Position numbers and translations under genes: made by a program. Positions 31,586 to 40,850 of a stretch of 64,000 bases of DNA are shown piece by piece. Source of the stretch: Bryobacteraceae bacterium (lineage in GTDB: Bacteria > Acidobacteriota > Terriglobia > Bryobacterales > Bryobacteraceae); assembly GCA_035602155.1 (NCBI GenBank), contig DATNMW010000096.1, forward strand, positions 41,319-105,318. The letters run 5' to 3'. Positions within the stretch are counted from its first letter, which is position 1. Every line of letters begins with the position of its first letter. The notes under the pieces were generated by a model. The model was not told the origin of the DNA, made no database searches, and saw only the letters and a program-made list of their open reading frames with translations.

Positions 31586-32062
31586 CTACTTCTTAAACAG
31601 CTTGTCGAACGCATTGCGGGCGGCGTCCGGCGAGCTGGGCGTATCCATAATCGGGCTGGGAGGCGCGGAGGCGTTGCCATCGCGCGCCACCGTGACCCGC
31701 GGCTGAAACAGCGTGCATTCGTTGGCTTTGTCCTTCAGCGGGATACGCACCGGAATCGGCTTCATGCACTGAAATCGCGTGGATGGTTCAAAATGCGTGC
31801 ATTGCTTGCAGCAATGCAGCGGAGTGTTGCATTTCGGGCAGTTGCCGGTCCAGTCGATCCCGTTCGGCAGTTGCGTGGAACAACTGAAACAGCGGGCCGC
31901 GGTAACCGCCTGCACCAGGCGCGGCAACCGCGGACCGGTGATGTCGAGCGGTGGCTTAGGGCCTGGGGTCCGGGGACGCTCGTCGCCGCCGCGGCGGTCT
32001 CTGAAATCCGAGCGGTCCGAGTCCATGTAACCCTGCTGTCGGTACTTTCGATCGCTGTCCAT
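31586..32062 (-). CDS. Cysteine-rich zinc-ribbon-like protein
   Basis: Likely start MDSDRKYRQQGYMD. Basic low-complexity N-terminus followed by CFSC...CPKC...CCKQC...C cysteine pairs. Confidence 0.45.
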   Translation of the reverse strand: MDSDRKYRQQGYMDSDRSDFRDRRGGDERPRTPGPKPPLDITGPRLPRLVQAVTAARCFSCSTQLPNGIDWTGNCPKCNTPLHCCKQCTHFEPSTRFQCMKPIPVRIPLKDKANECTLFQPRVTVARDGNASAPPSPIMDTPSSPDAARNAFDKLFKK

Positions 32063-32419
32063 GGGGAATTGGGTACTCCAAAAATCGCAGGCGAGACAAA
32101 TCTCAACAACAAATATCCAAGCCCGGCTCCATGCCAGGGGAGCGTCCGGTTTGTCGCGCATTGCCGATCGATCACCAGGTCAGCGGTGCGGATGTTCAGG
32201 CTACCGTTGTCGATACCGGGTTACCGGAGGGGGTCTGTGGAAAGGCCGAACGCCCGGCAAGGACAGGTCAGGAAACCTGCCCAATGCCGCAAACCTATAT
32301 GTACCACAGTCGGGGTATGCTTTGCACCTTAAATCGCGAAGCCGGAAGTTAGCATGCGTCGGCATGCCGCCGGGGCGAATTCCGCATATTTCCCCAATTC
32401 AGAAATGGGGCATGATTGC

Positions 32420-32496
32420 GTAGTGGGTCAATTTGCTTTGTGGGGCAGGTTGGCAACCTGCGGGCCGATTGTCAATCGGCCCAGTTTGCGCCGATT
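32420..32496 (+). repeat. Solo left end (77 nt) of the GTAGTGGGTCA-type inverted-repeat element, containing two REP-like hairpins
   Basis: Identical over 77 nt to 58549..58625. Internal palindromes are caggttggcaacctg and ggccgattgtcaatcggcc. No matching right end was found nearby. Confidence 0.7.
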
Positions 32497-32598
32497 CCCA
32501 TATTCCGGCTCCGCAGACCGGCGGAGGTATCCGCGGCAGGAGGCTGCGGCAATGGGCTAAAGCCAGCGCAGTCCAGGGAACAGGCCACGACGCCTCTC

Positions 32599-33603
32599 CT
32601 AGGCTGTCGTGTAGGGCGGGACAGCCGGCTTGGCTTCGGATTTCTGCGGGCTGGGAGAAGGCGGCGCGAGGTCGTCGCCGCGGCCCTCCATGTAAGCTAT
32701 GATCTCGTTCTCCATCTCCGGCTTGTTGCCGGCGAACTGCCACAGGCCCTGTGAGTTGCGCACTAAGTCCGTGGATGGGTCGAAATTGTGCCGCGTGATT
32801 ATCCGCCAGCGGGACTCGTACCCACGCTGATTTATCGGCCCATGATAGTAGTGGATTGCGTGATTATTCAAACAACCTATCCTGGAATTCAGCAGTTTGG
32901 CGCGCACGGCCCACTGCCGCAGCGTCGCGCAGTAGCCCGTGGACACCATGTTCTTTCGAACGTATGGATCTTCGACGCCCACCAAAGCGAAAATCATGTG
33001 CCAGTCCGCGCTGCCGACGATCTCGGTGTCGAGTAGTCCGCCGAGCATATCGTATGCCTGCCGGGTAAACGCCCACGCCCCCCCTGTCGCGCCCAGCCAG
33101 CCGGCCCCGTCCGGAGGCGGCCGCTTGCCATCGTGCCAGGCGCGCATGAAGCTGGGCATAGCGTTCTCGTGGCGGAAATCGGACCGCAGCGTCGAATAGG
33201 ACGAAAAGAGTTGAACCGCCGGATAGCGTTGCATCAGGTGCAGCGCCTCATACGCCCAGTCCGGGCGGGTCATGTGGAAATCGGCGTCGATGAACGCGAA
33301 GTAGTTGCAGTCCAGCGGCAAGCGGCGTACGGCAATGTTCTGCAGGTTCTCCTTGTACCACATCTCGTGCCGCGTGCGCAGTTGTATGTGAAGCGGATTT
33401 GCGCCGTCCGTTACTTCAAAAGCCCTGTCGCCAAAGGCAAGCTCGACGGTGTGCAGCACAACCCCCGAGGCGCGCATGTGGTCTTCGAAGGTGCGGTAGT
33501 GCATGTACCGGGTGCGGAACCTGTCCGGGTTGAAAACCGCGGTGATGACGTGCAGCGGCTCCGCTATGGGCTGGACGTGAGGAGAGATGTGCGATGGGTG
33601 CAT
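32599..33603 (-). CDS. GT-A-fold glycosyltransferase-like protein
   Basis: 334-aa ORF. ITAVFNPDRFRTRY..., a DxD-like FIDADF motif and ...NNHAIHYYHG resemble nucleotide-diphospho-sugar transferases. Family identity is not established. Confidence 0.45.
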   Translation of the reverse strand: MHPSHISPHVQPIAEPLHVITAVFNPDRFRTRYMHYRTFEDHMRASGVVLHTVELAFGDRAFEVTDGANPLHIQLRTRHEMWYKENLQNIAVRRLPLDCNYFAFIDADFHMTRPDWAYEALHLMQRYPAVQLFSSYSTLRSDFRHENAMPSFMRAWHDGKRPPPDGAGWLGATGGAWAFTRQAYDMLGGLLDTEIVGSADWHMIFALVGVEDPYVRKNMVSTGYCATLRQWAVRAKLLNSRIGCLNNHAIHYYHGPINQRGYESRWRIITRHNFDPSTDLVRNSQGLWQFAGNKPEMENEIIAYMEGRGDDLAPPSPSPQKSEAKPAVPPYTTA

Positions 33604-33694
33604 TTGATTCCAATTCTCGTCTTCTTATAAGCTGATGGCGGATCCGGGGGGGCCCGCGCAGACCAGTGCGCGGGCCAAGCCCGCCCCACTGCAT

Positions 33695-34573
33695 CTACTG
33701 TTTCGCCGCGAGAGTGTTCAGGGTTCCCTGGATGGCCGTAAGCATCGCTTTCAAGTCCGCGAATTGCTGGGCGTCGGTCTCGGGCGCCGTCGGCTGCGGC
33801 AGATCCGTGCGCTCGACCATCCAGTTGGGAGCGTCGCCTGGGAACGGCCCGGTGACCGATAGGATTTGCTCGTTGGGCAGGAGCTGCCGGATCGGAATCG
33901 CCACGGATGCTTGTGTAGCCGGCGGCTGCGTGACCGGTGTTCCCGCCACCCAGGTCACCGCTCCGTTTTGAAGCTGGAACGATCCGGGGTAGCCGACGCC
34001 GTGCGAATATTGAGCCTCGATCAAGCTTTGCGCGATGAAGCTCTGGGTCCCCACTTGGATATACCACACGCGGCGCGGGTCCACGCCATAGGTGTAGTAA
34101 TACGCGCCGCTGGTTACCTGCGCGACGACGGGAGTGAGACCGGGAAATAATGGCGCGATGGCGTTGGCCACCGCTTGCGCGTCGGCTTGCAGACACACGA
34201 TATTCGGTGAAGCCGCTCCTACGGTTCCGAACGGTCCCACCTCGATCGCATCGGTGGGAGCGGAGACGTAGGCCGGATACGTATAAACGCCGGGAAGATT
34301 GACGCTGGCCGCCGCTGCCGCGGTGATGGTCAACTGCCCCAGGTAACCGGTCGCCGCATCGGTAGTGTCCACGATCAAATAGGTCACAGTGCCCGATTTT
34401 CCGGCCTGCGACAGATCTTCCCAATACTGCGGAGGGCGGGTTGGGTCGAAGGGCGGGGCTTGGTTGGTGGTGGCCTGCTGGTACGCGGCGCGCGAAGCAT
34501 AGACCGGAAAAAGGTCCAGTGCTGAAATGGGATATTGCGGTAGATTCGGTTGTGCCGGTTGTGGTTGTGACAT
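33695..34573 (-). CDS. Hypothetical protein with Pro/Gln-rich N-terminus and C-terminal coiled-coil-like tail
   Basis: 292-aa ORF, 91 nt upstream of the GT-like gene on the same strand. No recognisable domain. Composition is consistent with coding. Confidence 0.45.
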   Translation of the reverse strand: MSQPQPAQPNLPQYPISALDLFPVYASRAAYQQATTNQAPPFDPTRPPQYWEDLSQAGKSGTVTYLIVDTTDAATGYLGQLTITAAAAASVNLPGVYTYPAYVSAPTDAIEVGPFGTVGAASPNIVCLQADAQAVANAIAPLFPGLTPVVAQVTSGAYYYTYGVDPRRVWYIQVGTQSFIAQSLIEAQYSHGVGYPGSFQLQNGAVTWVAGTPVTQPPATQASVAIPIRQLLPNEQILSVTGPFPGDAPNWMVERTDLPQPTAPETDAQQFADLKAMLTAIQGTLNTLAAKQ

Positions 34574-34744
34574 TTAGCTTTCTTCCGCCGTTATGCGGAA
34601 CCTCTCTATATTCACCATAACCATGCGATTTTGGGCCGCGCGTTACCAAGCCGTGCAATCTGTTGAAACTAAAGACGGCCCTATTCCGCTCGATGTGTGA
34701 CCGATCGATTGCCGTGCGCTTTGGTAAACTCGAAACGGGCTAGA

Positions 34745-35365
34745 ATGGCGAATCAAGGATCGGATCGACGGGCGGTGTTGCAGATGCTTGCCAAGGCCGC
34801 CGCTGTCAGCCAGTTCCCGGGCTTCAGCCGCTGGGCATTTGGCCAACAGCATGAGCATGCGGGCAATGCCGTTCCGCCGCCGCGCGTAGCGAACTACCAG
34901 CCATCGTATTTTTCGGCTTCCGAATATCGCACAATCGATATTTTGACCGGCCTGATCATTCCCCCGGACGAAAGCCCCGGCGCCCAAGAGGCGGGCGTTA
35001 GTGAGTTCATCGACTTCCTGGCGGCGCATGGCGAAGAAGAGATCCGGCAGCCGATGCGCGACGGCCTGAAATGGCTGGATGCTACCGCGAAAAAGAGCCA
35101 TGGCGCAGGCTTTGCCGGACTCTCACTCGAGCGGCAAACCGAGATTCTGAAGAGGGTCGCATATCGGGATAGCCCGGCGCAAGGAGACATCGAGGGGCGA
35201 GCGTTCTTCCGCCTGATTCGGCGCTACACGGTGATGGGCTACTACACCAGCCGCGCCGGGCTGAGTGAGTTGGATTATCCCGGTTTGCGGCTTTATACGG
35301 AGTCTCCGGCTTGTCCGCATACCGGCGATCCGGAACACCGGCGCCTTCCGCCGCCGAGAGTCTGA
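34745..35365 (+). CDS. Gluconate 2-dehydrogenase subunit 3 family protein (Tat signal)
   Basis: MANQGSDRRAVLQMLAKAAAVSQFPGF. The motif ...GAQEAGVSEFIDF... is typical of the small subunit partnering GMC-type dehydrogenases. Confidence 0.7.
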   Translation: MANQGSDRRAVLQMLAKAAAVSQFPGFSRWAFGQQHEHAGNAVPPPRVANYQPSYFSASEYRTIDILTGLIIPPDESPGAQEAGVSEFIDFLAAHGEEEIRQPMRDGLKWLDATAKKSHGAGFAGLSLERQTEILKRVAYRDSPAQGDIEGRAFFRLIRRYTVMGYYTSRAGLSELDYPGLRLYTESPACPHTGDPEHRRLPPPRV

Positions 35366-35366
35366 A

Positions 35367-37028
35367 ATGCAAAATCGGATCTACGACGTAATTGTGATTG
35401 GGACAGGCGCGGGCGGCGGGATGGCCATTCACACCCTTTGCCAGGCGGGCGCGAAGGTTTGCGCACTCAACGCCAGCCGCCGCCTGAATCCGGGCACGGA
35501 CTTCCGCAACCATCGACAACCCTACGATATGCCGTTCCGCGGGTTTGGCGAGCCGGCCAAGCGCAAGAAATGGATCGGCTACATGGATAACGAGTACACC
35601 GAGGGCATTTGGGAGCACGAGATCGTTTTCACCACGGCTCCGGGAACCGAATGGACTTGGCGGCGCTGCTTCGCCGTTGGCGGCAAAACCAACTTCTGGG
35701 GCCGGTCGTCGGCGCGTTTCAGCGATATCGATTTCCGCGCGGCCAGCCGCGACGGATATGATGTCGATTGGCCCATTACGTACGCGGAAATCGCGCCTTA
35801 CTACAGCCGCGTGGAGCGCATGATTGGTGTCGCGAGCACGGTTCAGAACCGCCCCAGCAATCCGGACGGCGAGTATCTGCCGCCGATGAACTTCCGCTGC
35901 ATCGATCGCATTCTCGAGAGCGGCGCGCGCAAGGTCGGCATTCCGTATCTGCCCGACCGCATCGCGCAGCTTACTGTGCCGCATGCCGGTCACCCTTCTT
36001 GTCATTACTGCGCGAATTGCACGGAAGGCTGCGACGTGGGCGCATTTTTCTCAACGCCGTGGTTCTTTCTGCCCGCGGCGGAGAAGAGCGGCAACCTGGA
36101 TCTGCGCACCAATGCGCTCTGCAAGAATATTTTGGTGGATGAGAATGGCCGCGCGAAAGGCGTGGCTTATATCGATCGGAATACCAGGCAAGAGTTCGAG
36201 GTGTATGGCAAGAACGTGGTGCTGGCGGCATCGTGCGTGGAGTCCGCGCGCATTGTTTTGAATTCGAAGTCGCGTCATTGGCCGGATGGAATCGCCAATT
36301 CGAGCGGGCAAGCCGGCCGCAACCTGTGCGACCATCTGTACGGCACCACGGCGCGCGGCTATTTTCCGCAACTGCTGGGGCAGCCGAGCTTTCCCGATAA
36401 TGTCTCTTCGAGTACGGTGGCCTGGATGCCGCGCTGGCAGAATCTGGACAACCCGCGCCAGGAGAAGTTCATTCGCGGCTATTCGGTTTACCCGGACGGC
36501 GGGTGCGGCGAGTTTCCCTGGTACTTCGACGAGATCGAAGGTTTTGGCCGCGATTACAAGCGCCAGATCAAGCGGCGCTATCCTACGCCGGTCAGTTTTT
36601 ACATTCAGGCGCCCACGCAGCGCAGCGATTCGAACTATGTGGATATCGATCCGGCGGTGAAGGACGCTTACGGCATCCCGGCCGCGCGGCTGCATTTTGC
36701 ATGGGATAAGAATACTCTGCTGATGTGGGAACACGGCAAGCATTCCTGCGAGCAATTGCTGCGTGCCAGCGGCGCGGAATATTTGGGGGCCGCGGCGGAG
36801 CCGGATACGCCGGGCACCAGTTTGCATGAGACGGGAACTCTGCGCATGGGGAACGATCCCAAGCGGTTTGTGACGAATCGCTTCGGACAGGCGCACGACG
36901 TTCCTAATTTATACGTGTGCGATGCCAGCGTGTTTCCGAATTGCACGGATAAAACTACTACGATTTCGATTCTCGCGTTTACGCTGCGTACGGCGGAGTA
37001 TCTGGTGGAGAATTTGAAGAAGGGTTAG
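35367..37028 (+). CDS. GMC-family FAD-dependent oxidoreductase
   Basis: Start MQNRIYDVIVIGTGAGGG (Rossmann GxGxxG). C-terminal LHETGTLRMG...NLYVCDASVFP. The ATG follows the upstream gene stop by 1 nt. Confidence 0.9.
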   Translation: MQNRIYDVIVIGTGAGGGMAIHTLCQAGAKVCALNASRRLNPGTDFRNHRQPYDMPFRGFGEPAKRKKWIGYMDNEYTEGIWEHEIVFTTAPGTEWTWRRCFAVGGKTNFWGRSSARFSDIDFRAASRDGYDVDWPITYAEIAPYYSRVERMIGVASTVQNRPSNPDGEYLPPMNFRCIDRILESGARKVGIPYLPDRIAQLTVPHAGHPSCHYCANCTEGCDVGAFFSTPWFFLPAAEKSGNLDLRTNALCKNILVDENGRAKGVAYIDRNTRQEFEVYGKNVVLAASCVESARIVLNSKSRHWPDGIANSSGQAGRNLCDHLYGTTARGYFPQLLGQPSFPDNVSSSTVAWMPRWQNLDNPRQEKFIRGYSVYPDGGCGEFPWYFDEIEGFGRDYKRQIKRRYPTPVSFYIQAPTQRSDSNYVDIDPAVKDAYGIPAARLHFAWDKNTLLMWEHGKHSCEQLLRASGAEYLGAAAEPDTPGTSLHETGTLRMGNDPKRFVTNRFGQAHDVPNLYVCDASVFPNCTDKTTTISILAFTLRTAEYLVENLKKG

Positions 37029-37132
37029 GGAGCGGGATGTCGGCCGGTGCGATCCTGTGTCTCTCACATCCCCTGTTCCGAAGCGCGCCCGCGTCTCGGC
37101 TACCGCAATCGGCGTGGCGGCGGCCGTGATGC
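36912..37132 (+). repeat. Direct repeat copy 1: GMC gene 3-prime end plus the start of the downstream lysozyme-like gene
   Basis: Collinear with 40853..41128. It is diverged and lacks a ~54-nt block present in copy 2. The homology ends near 37132, where AT-richer island DNA begins. Confidence 0.85.
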
Positions 37133-37572
37133 AGTCCAAGGATAAGCACAGCTCCAGCATATGGACTTGCCTCTCGCCGTTCGGGAAGATGGCTATCTGA
37201 CTTATAAGGATTAGTCCGGGCTCCCTTTCAGAACAATTGGCTGCAATTTTGTTCCCGTGCATGGATGCTGAAGGGCGTAGTCGAGAAAATCAAAGACAAC
37301 GTAACGATCGCTGCGGACGCGATCACATAGCAAAGGAGGGTGTCCGGGGCGATGTCCACACCAGGACGATTGACGGGTACTGGGGCCCTCTGAAGCGGGC
37401 ATTATAGGCAGCCTCCACCAAGCCTGCACCGTTACCTGTCCGAATTAGGAGCAGCGCTCCCGTATGCGGAATTGACCGGAAAACTATCGGACGGCGAATC
37501 CAACAGGACTAGGGGTATCCCGGCAATAATACAGCACCAGTGCCCTTGCCGATTTTTGTTAACGTCCGGTGC

Positions 37573-37612
37573 TTGACAGGGGCCTGCCCATTGTTTATAT
37601 TAATGTTAACAT
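37573..37612 (+). promoter_or_regulatory. Near-consensus sigma-70-type promoter plus 10-bp palindrome upstream of the HigB/Gp49-like toxin gene
   Basis: TTGACA (37573..37578), a 17-nt spacer, then TATATT (37596..37601). Palindrome atgttaacat at 37603..37612, 15 nt before the ORF start at 37627. Confidence 0.5.
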
Positions 37613-37626
37613 GAAGGCGTGGCTGA

Positions 37627-38016
37627 ATGCGGAGACCGCTCGCTTATAACGGACATCGATACGGGATAGCATATGCGGTTTGCCTGGACAGGACTTCGCC
37701 CGGAGAAGAATTTTACGATGCCTTGATGGACACAGACAAGGCGAAGCTCAATAAGCTCTTTGAATACTTGGGGGATCACGGCGCGATTCGTAATGAAGAG
37801 AAGTTCAAGAAAGTGTCGGAGACATTTTTCGAGTTCAAGAGCCATCAAATCCGCATGCCGTGTTACTTCAGGACCGATGCCATTGTGGTAATAACACACG
37901 GTTTTATTAAGAAGAAAGACAAGATGCCGCCCGCTGAACTTAGGCGCGCGGAACGTATCCGAGATGAGGACAATGAGAATGAGCAACAAGAAGGCGAACG
38001 CCGCGACGATTCATAG
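37627..38016 (+). CDS. Gp49-like / HigB-type RelE-superfamily toxin
   Basis: 129-aa ORF. ...SPGEEFYDAL...KAKLNKLFEYLGDHG...FKKVSETFFEFKSHQIRMPCYF...VVITHGFIKKKDKMPPAELRRAERI is the phage Gp49/DUF891 pattern. The toxin lies upstream of the antitoxin, as in higBA. Confidence 0.7.
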   Translation: MRRPLAYNGHRYGIAYAVCLDRTSPGEEFYDALMDTDKAKLNKLFEYLGDHGAIRNEEKFKKVSETFFEFKSHQIRMPCYFRTDAIVVITHGFIKKKDKMPPAELRRAERIRDEDNENEQQEGERRDDS

Positions 38017-38398
38017 CGACAAGTTCCAGGAGTTTATCGCCGACGACAAGAGGCGTCTCCTCTACGAAAGAGAATCTCTGGCTTTTGACGCCGCAGAAAT
38101 GATCGCGCATCTGATGACCGGGAGGAAAATGAACAAGGCTCAACTTGCGCGTGCAATCGGCAAGTCGAGAGCTTATGTGACTCAACTCCTTAGCGGATCG
38201 CGAAATATGACGATCCACACGCTGGCAGACCTGGGACTCGCTCTCGGATATCGTTTTGAGTTGAAGGCCCGCGAGTGCAAGGCCGACAATACCCATACTG
38301 AAGCGCAGGTTGAAGTTAGTCGAACGTCTCCCATTGCGATCGTGACGCATCATCCAGCGAGGCCGCGAGAAACCTCCGCCATACGACCGGGTGAATAG
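37964..38398 (+). CDS. XRE-family HTH antitoxin (HigA-like)
   Basis: The HTH is MNKAQLARAIGKSRAYVTQLLSGSRNMTIHTLADLGLALG. It overlaps the toxin gene. An alternative start is at MSNKK (37979). Confidence 0.75.
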   Translation: MRTMRMSNKKANAATIHSDKFQEFIADDKRRLLYERESLAFDAAEMIAHLMTGRKMNKAQLARAIGKSRAYVTQLLSGSRNMTIHTLADLGLALGYRFELKARECKADNTHTEAQVEVSRTSPIAIVTHHPARPRETSAIRPGE

Positions 38399-39233
38399 AA
38401 ACAATCGAGGAAGATAGGTCCCGCGAGCGTGGTGCGTACCCCTGAAATACTGACGATGGCGCAGTCGTGGCGCCCTTCGGCCACTGCGCGGCTGGCTGCG
38501 TAAGAATCTGCGGGTTATCTCGACGCCACTTCCATACGTCGATGAGGAGCTTCGCGGTCTCGCTTATCATTGCTTTCGTGCTGTCCATCAAGCCCCCAAG
38601 AGTCTCAACGGCGTCCTCGGCAAGAACCAACGTTTGAAGCGGATCTCGGGTTGACGTCATCGGTGTCTCTCGCCAGACCTCAACGTCAGACATGCTCGGG
38701 TTTCTGGGAAGATAGGTCAGTCGGCGGGCGCGCAACACCTGATCTCCATCCGGGCCAAGTATCTGAGGTAGCTTCGGAACAAACTGGCCGCTTTCAAGCC
38801 TACGTCCGCGGTGAACGAGCATGTTTCTGAAATCCAGCGCCCATTGCAGCCATCCATCCGGGCCGACAGATGCGATAACTTCGCTGAATTTCCTATAGAA
38901 GTCGGCCTGCACCTTCTCTCCGTCAGTCGTACCTTGGCCGATCTTTGTGAAGAATTCCCGAATCTTTCTGCCGAGATCGGCAGTAAGAATCGGCGTAGGA
39001 ATCGCAATCACGCCGATGATCGCGCCCGCCAGACAGTCCAATGCCGCGGAGAGCGCTCGCGCCATGCCGGCGATGTGCATGACGACCATTTCACGGCCGA
39101 GTTCTTCCAGTGCATTGCGGGGGCGCGGTAAAACCACATCAAACTGCCCGTCACGGTTTTGCACGATATCTGCATACCGCTCGCTATCACGTTCGGCACA
39201 ATCCTGATATTCAAGCCTGCAGCGCAGCCTCAA
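38316..39233 (-). CDS. Hypothetical protein with a possible HEPN-type R-x4-H motif
   Basis: 305-aa ORF with a TTG start. The motif LDFRNMLVHRG matches RNxxxH seen in HEPN/Abi RNases. Nothing else is recognisable. Confidence 0.4.
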   Translation of the reverse strand: MRLRCRLEYQDCAERDSERYADIVQNRDGQFDVVLPRPRNALEELGREMVVMHIAGMARALSAALDCLAGAIIGVIAIPTPILTADLGRKIREFFTKIGQGTTDGEKVQADFYRKFSEVIASVGPDGWLQWALDFRNMLVHRGRRLESGQFVPKLPQILGPDGDQVLRARRLTYLPRNPSMSDVEVWRETPMTSTRDPLQTLVLAEDAVETLGGLMDSTKAMISETAKLLIDVWKWRRDNPQILTQPAAQWPKGATTAPSSVFQGYAPRSRDLSSSIVSIHPVVWRRFLAASLDDASRSQWETFD

Positions 39234-39591
39234 TCATGTTTGCTGATAGACTGGCGACGCACGCATATAACTGATCGCTGATCGGTATCCGGCGGCTGGT
39301 GCCAGGATGCGGTGCCCACCACCCGATCCCATACGGACTGTGCTCTGCAAAATCGTCAAGGATTAGGGCATCCAGTTCCCTCCATCGCCGCATGGGAAGG
39401 CCGAGCGCCGACACGGCCCGATCATTAGTCGAACATTCGCCTTTCCCGTACGGCTCGCTCAAGCGGGCAAAGTCTGATGCCTTCATTGACACATTGTCCC
39501 GCATCCGAGTCACGCAGATAATGGTGTACGCATCCGACGCCTGCGAAGGTCCCCTCGTTGTAACCGCCCGAAGGCTTCTGGTCGCCATCAT
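39211..39591 (-). CDS. Hypothetical protein, possibly the N-terminal part of the downstream ORF
   Basis: 126-aa ORF overlapping the 305-aa ORF by 23 nt in a different frame. No motif recognised. Confidence 0.3.
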   Translation of the reverse strand: MMATRSLRAVTTRGPSQASDAYTIICVTRMRDNVSMKASDFARLSEPYGKGECSTNDRAVSALGLPMRRWRELDALILDDFAEHSPYGIGWWAPHPGTSRRIPISDQLYACVASLSANMIEAALQA

Positions 39592-39971
39592 TCTCCGCCC
39601 GCGTTGCTCTCCGGCATCCGCTCGGGATATGCTTATTGTATTTTCGCTGGACCGGCGGCGCGACCGAAGCTTCAGTGAAGGTCATTGGCGAGGCCCGGCG
39701 CTCGATTCCTGCTGACGGCACACAGCTTCATCTTAAGGACCTCGGGGCGCCGCTGGTTCCTGGCAAACTCTTTCGCCGTGTACGGCTCGCGCCAGTTGAT
39801 GTGAATGGCCTCTAACGGAATGTGGGTCTTTCCCGAGTGAATAGTCGGCAATCCGGAAGTAGTCGACAAGGAGGGGTCGTCGGCATCTCGAAGGAGTGGC
39901 TCATAGCGTCCAAACCCGCGCGGAATGGGTGCTCTTTCAAGGCGCCGTGAACATTGTCTCCATGACCCGTC

Positions 39972-40289
39972 CTAGCTTGCCAACTCCTCAAACTGCGTGA
40001 TCCGCACTTTTCGATCTTTGAACACCGCGCGGATCTCGAGCTGGCCGCCCATTGCTTCAATGTAATCGGCCAGGGTGCTGACGCAGATGTCGGACCGGTG
40101 CTCAATCTTCGAAACCTCTCCCTGATTGACGCCGAGAATCTCGGCGAGTTGCAGTTGCGTCATGTGCTGCGCCTTGCGCAATTGATCGAGCGGCATTGCG
40201 GCCAGACTCTTCCGGAACCGGCTCTCAATCCTCCGCTGCCGCTCAGGCGGCATCGCTTCCAGCAATTCACGAAAATTGCGAGTGGGCAT
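39972..40289 (-). CDS. XRE-family HTH antitoxin (HigA-like)
   Basis: The HTH is MTQLQLAEILGVNQGEVSKIEHRSDICVSTLADYIEAMGG. The stop of the upstream toxin remnant abuts its start. Confidence 0.8.
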   Translation of the reverse strand: MPTRNFRELLEAMPPERQRRIESRFRKSLAAMPLDQLRKAQHMTQLQLAEILGVNQGEVSKIEHRSDICVSTLADYIEAMGGQLEIRAVFKDRKVRITQFEELAS

Positions 40290-40636
40290 TAAATGCTTCC
40301 CTCCTTCTTGAGCTCAAGCAGGTGTCGTTCAAAAAGCCGGTCTGCGACCGGCACAAACTTCTCATACCAGCGGTCGTCGCCGGTTTTCTCGCCCCCGATC
40401 AAGAGGATGGCCGAGCGGAGCGGGTTGAATGCATACAGCGTTCGCAGCGGCCTCCCAGCGCTCTGGGTCCGCCACTCGCGCATCTGCGCATAACGTGAAC
40501 TGCCGACTTTTGAGCTGTGCGGGAACCGAGGGCGGGACCGAATTCGATGAGATGCCGAACGGAATGCGCCACATCATCCTGTTGTTCCTCGGAGAGGGCG
40601 TCCCACCAATTCCAGAATTCATCGGTGAACTCGACT
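40289..40636 (-). pseudogene. HigB/Gp49-like RelE-superfamily toxin, multiply frameshifted
   Basis: One frame encodes VEFTDEFWNWWDALSEEQQDDVAHSVRHLIEFGPALG. Another encodes FPHSSKVGSSRYAQMREWRTQSAGRPLRTLYAFNPLRSAILLIGGEKTGDDRWYE. The N-terminal start is separated by an in-frame stop. Confidence 0.6.
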
Positions 40637-40760
40637 TACACACCTACAGTATGCCATATACAGAATAATCCCAGGGACCGGGGGCGCTACGCCACGGGGT
40701 CGAGAAACCGATCCACTTGACCGACGCGCTTCTGAACGCTGTATCCTCAAATCGTCACAC

Positions 40761-40850
40761 ATGAACAAGCTGTTAGCGCTCAACCGCGGCGAAATTGCGG
40801 TCCGCATCCTGCGCGCGGCCAATGAACTGGGCCTGCGCACCGTGGCCGTA
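40761..40850 (+). pseudogene. 5-prime fragment (~30 codons) of a biotin carboxylase / pyruvate carboxylase gene
   Basis: MNKLLALNRGEIAVRILRAANELGLRTVAV is the canonical biotin-carboxylase N-terminus (ANRGEIA.R..RA). It is joined directly to the GMC 3-prime fragment at ~40851. Confidence 0.65.

Noticed and set aside
39600-39971. Unassigned ~370 nt inside the island. One minus-strand frame reads ...GLPTIHSGKTHIPLEAIHINWREPYTAKEFARNQRRPEVL...; considered as a recombinase or methyltransferase relic.
   Set aside because: I could not match it to any family signature. It lacks a start codon and is cut by stops in neighbouring frames, so it is left unannotated.
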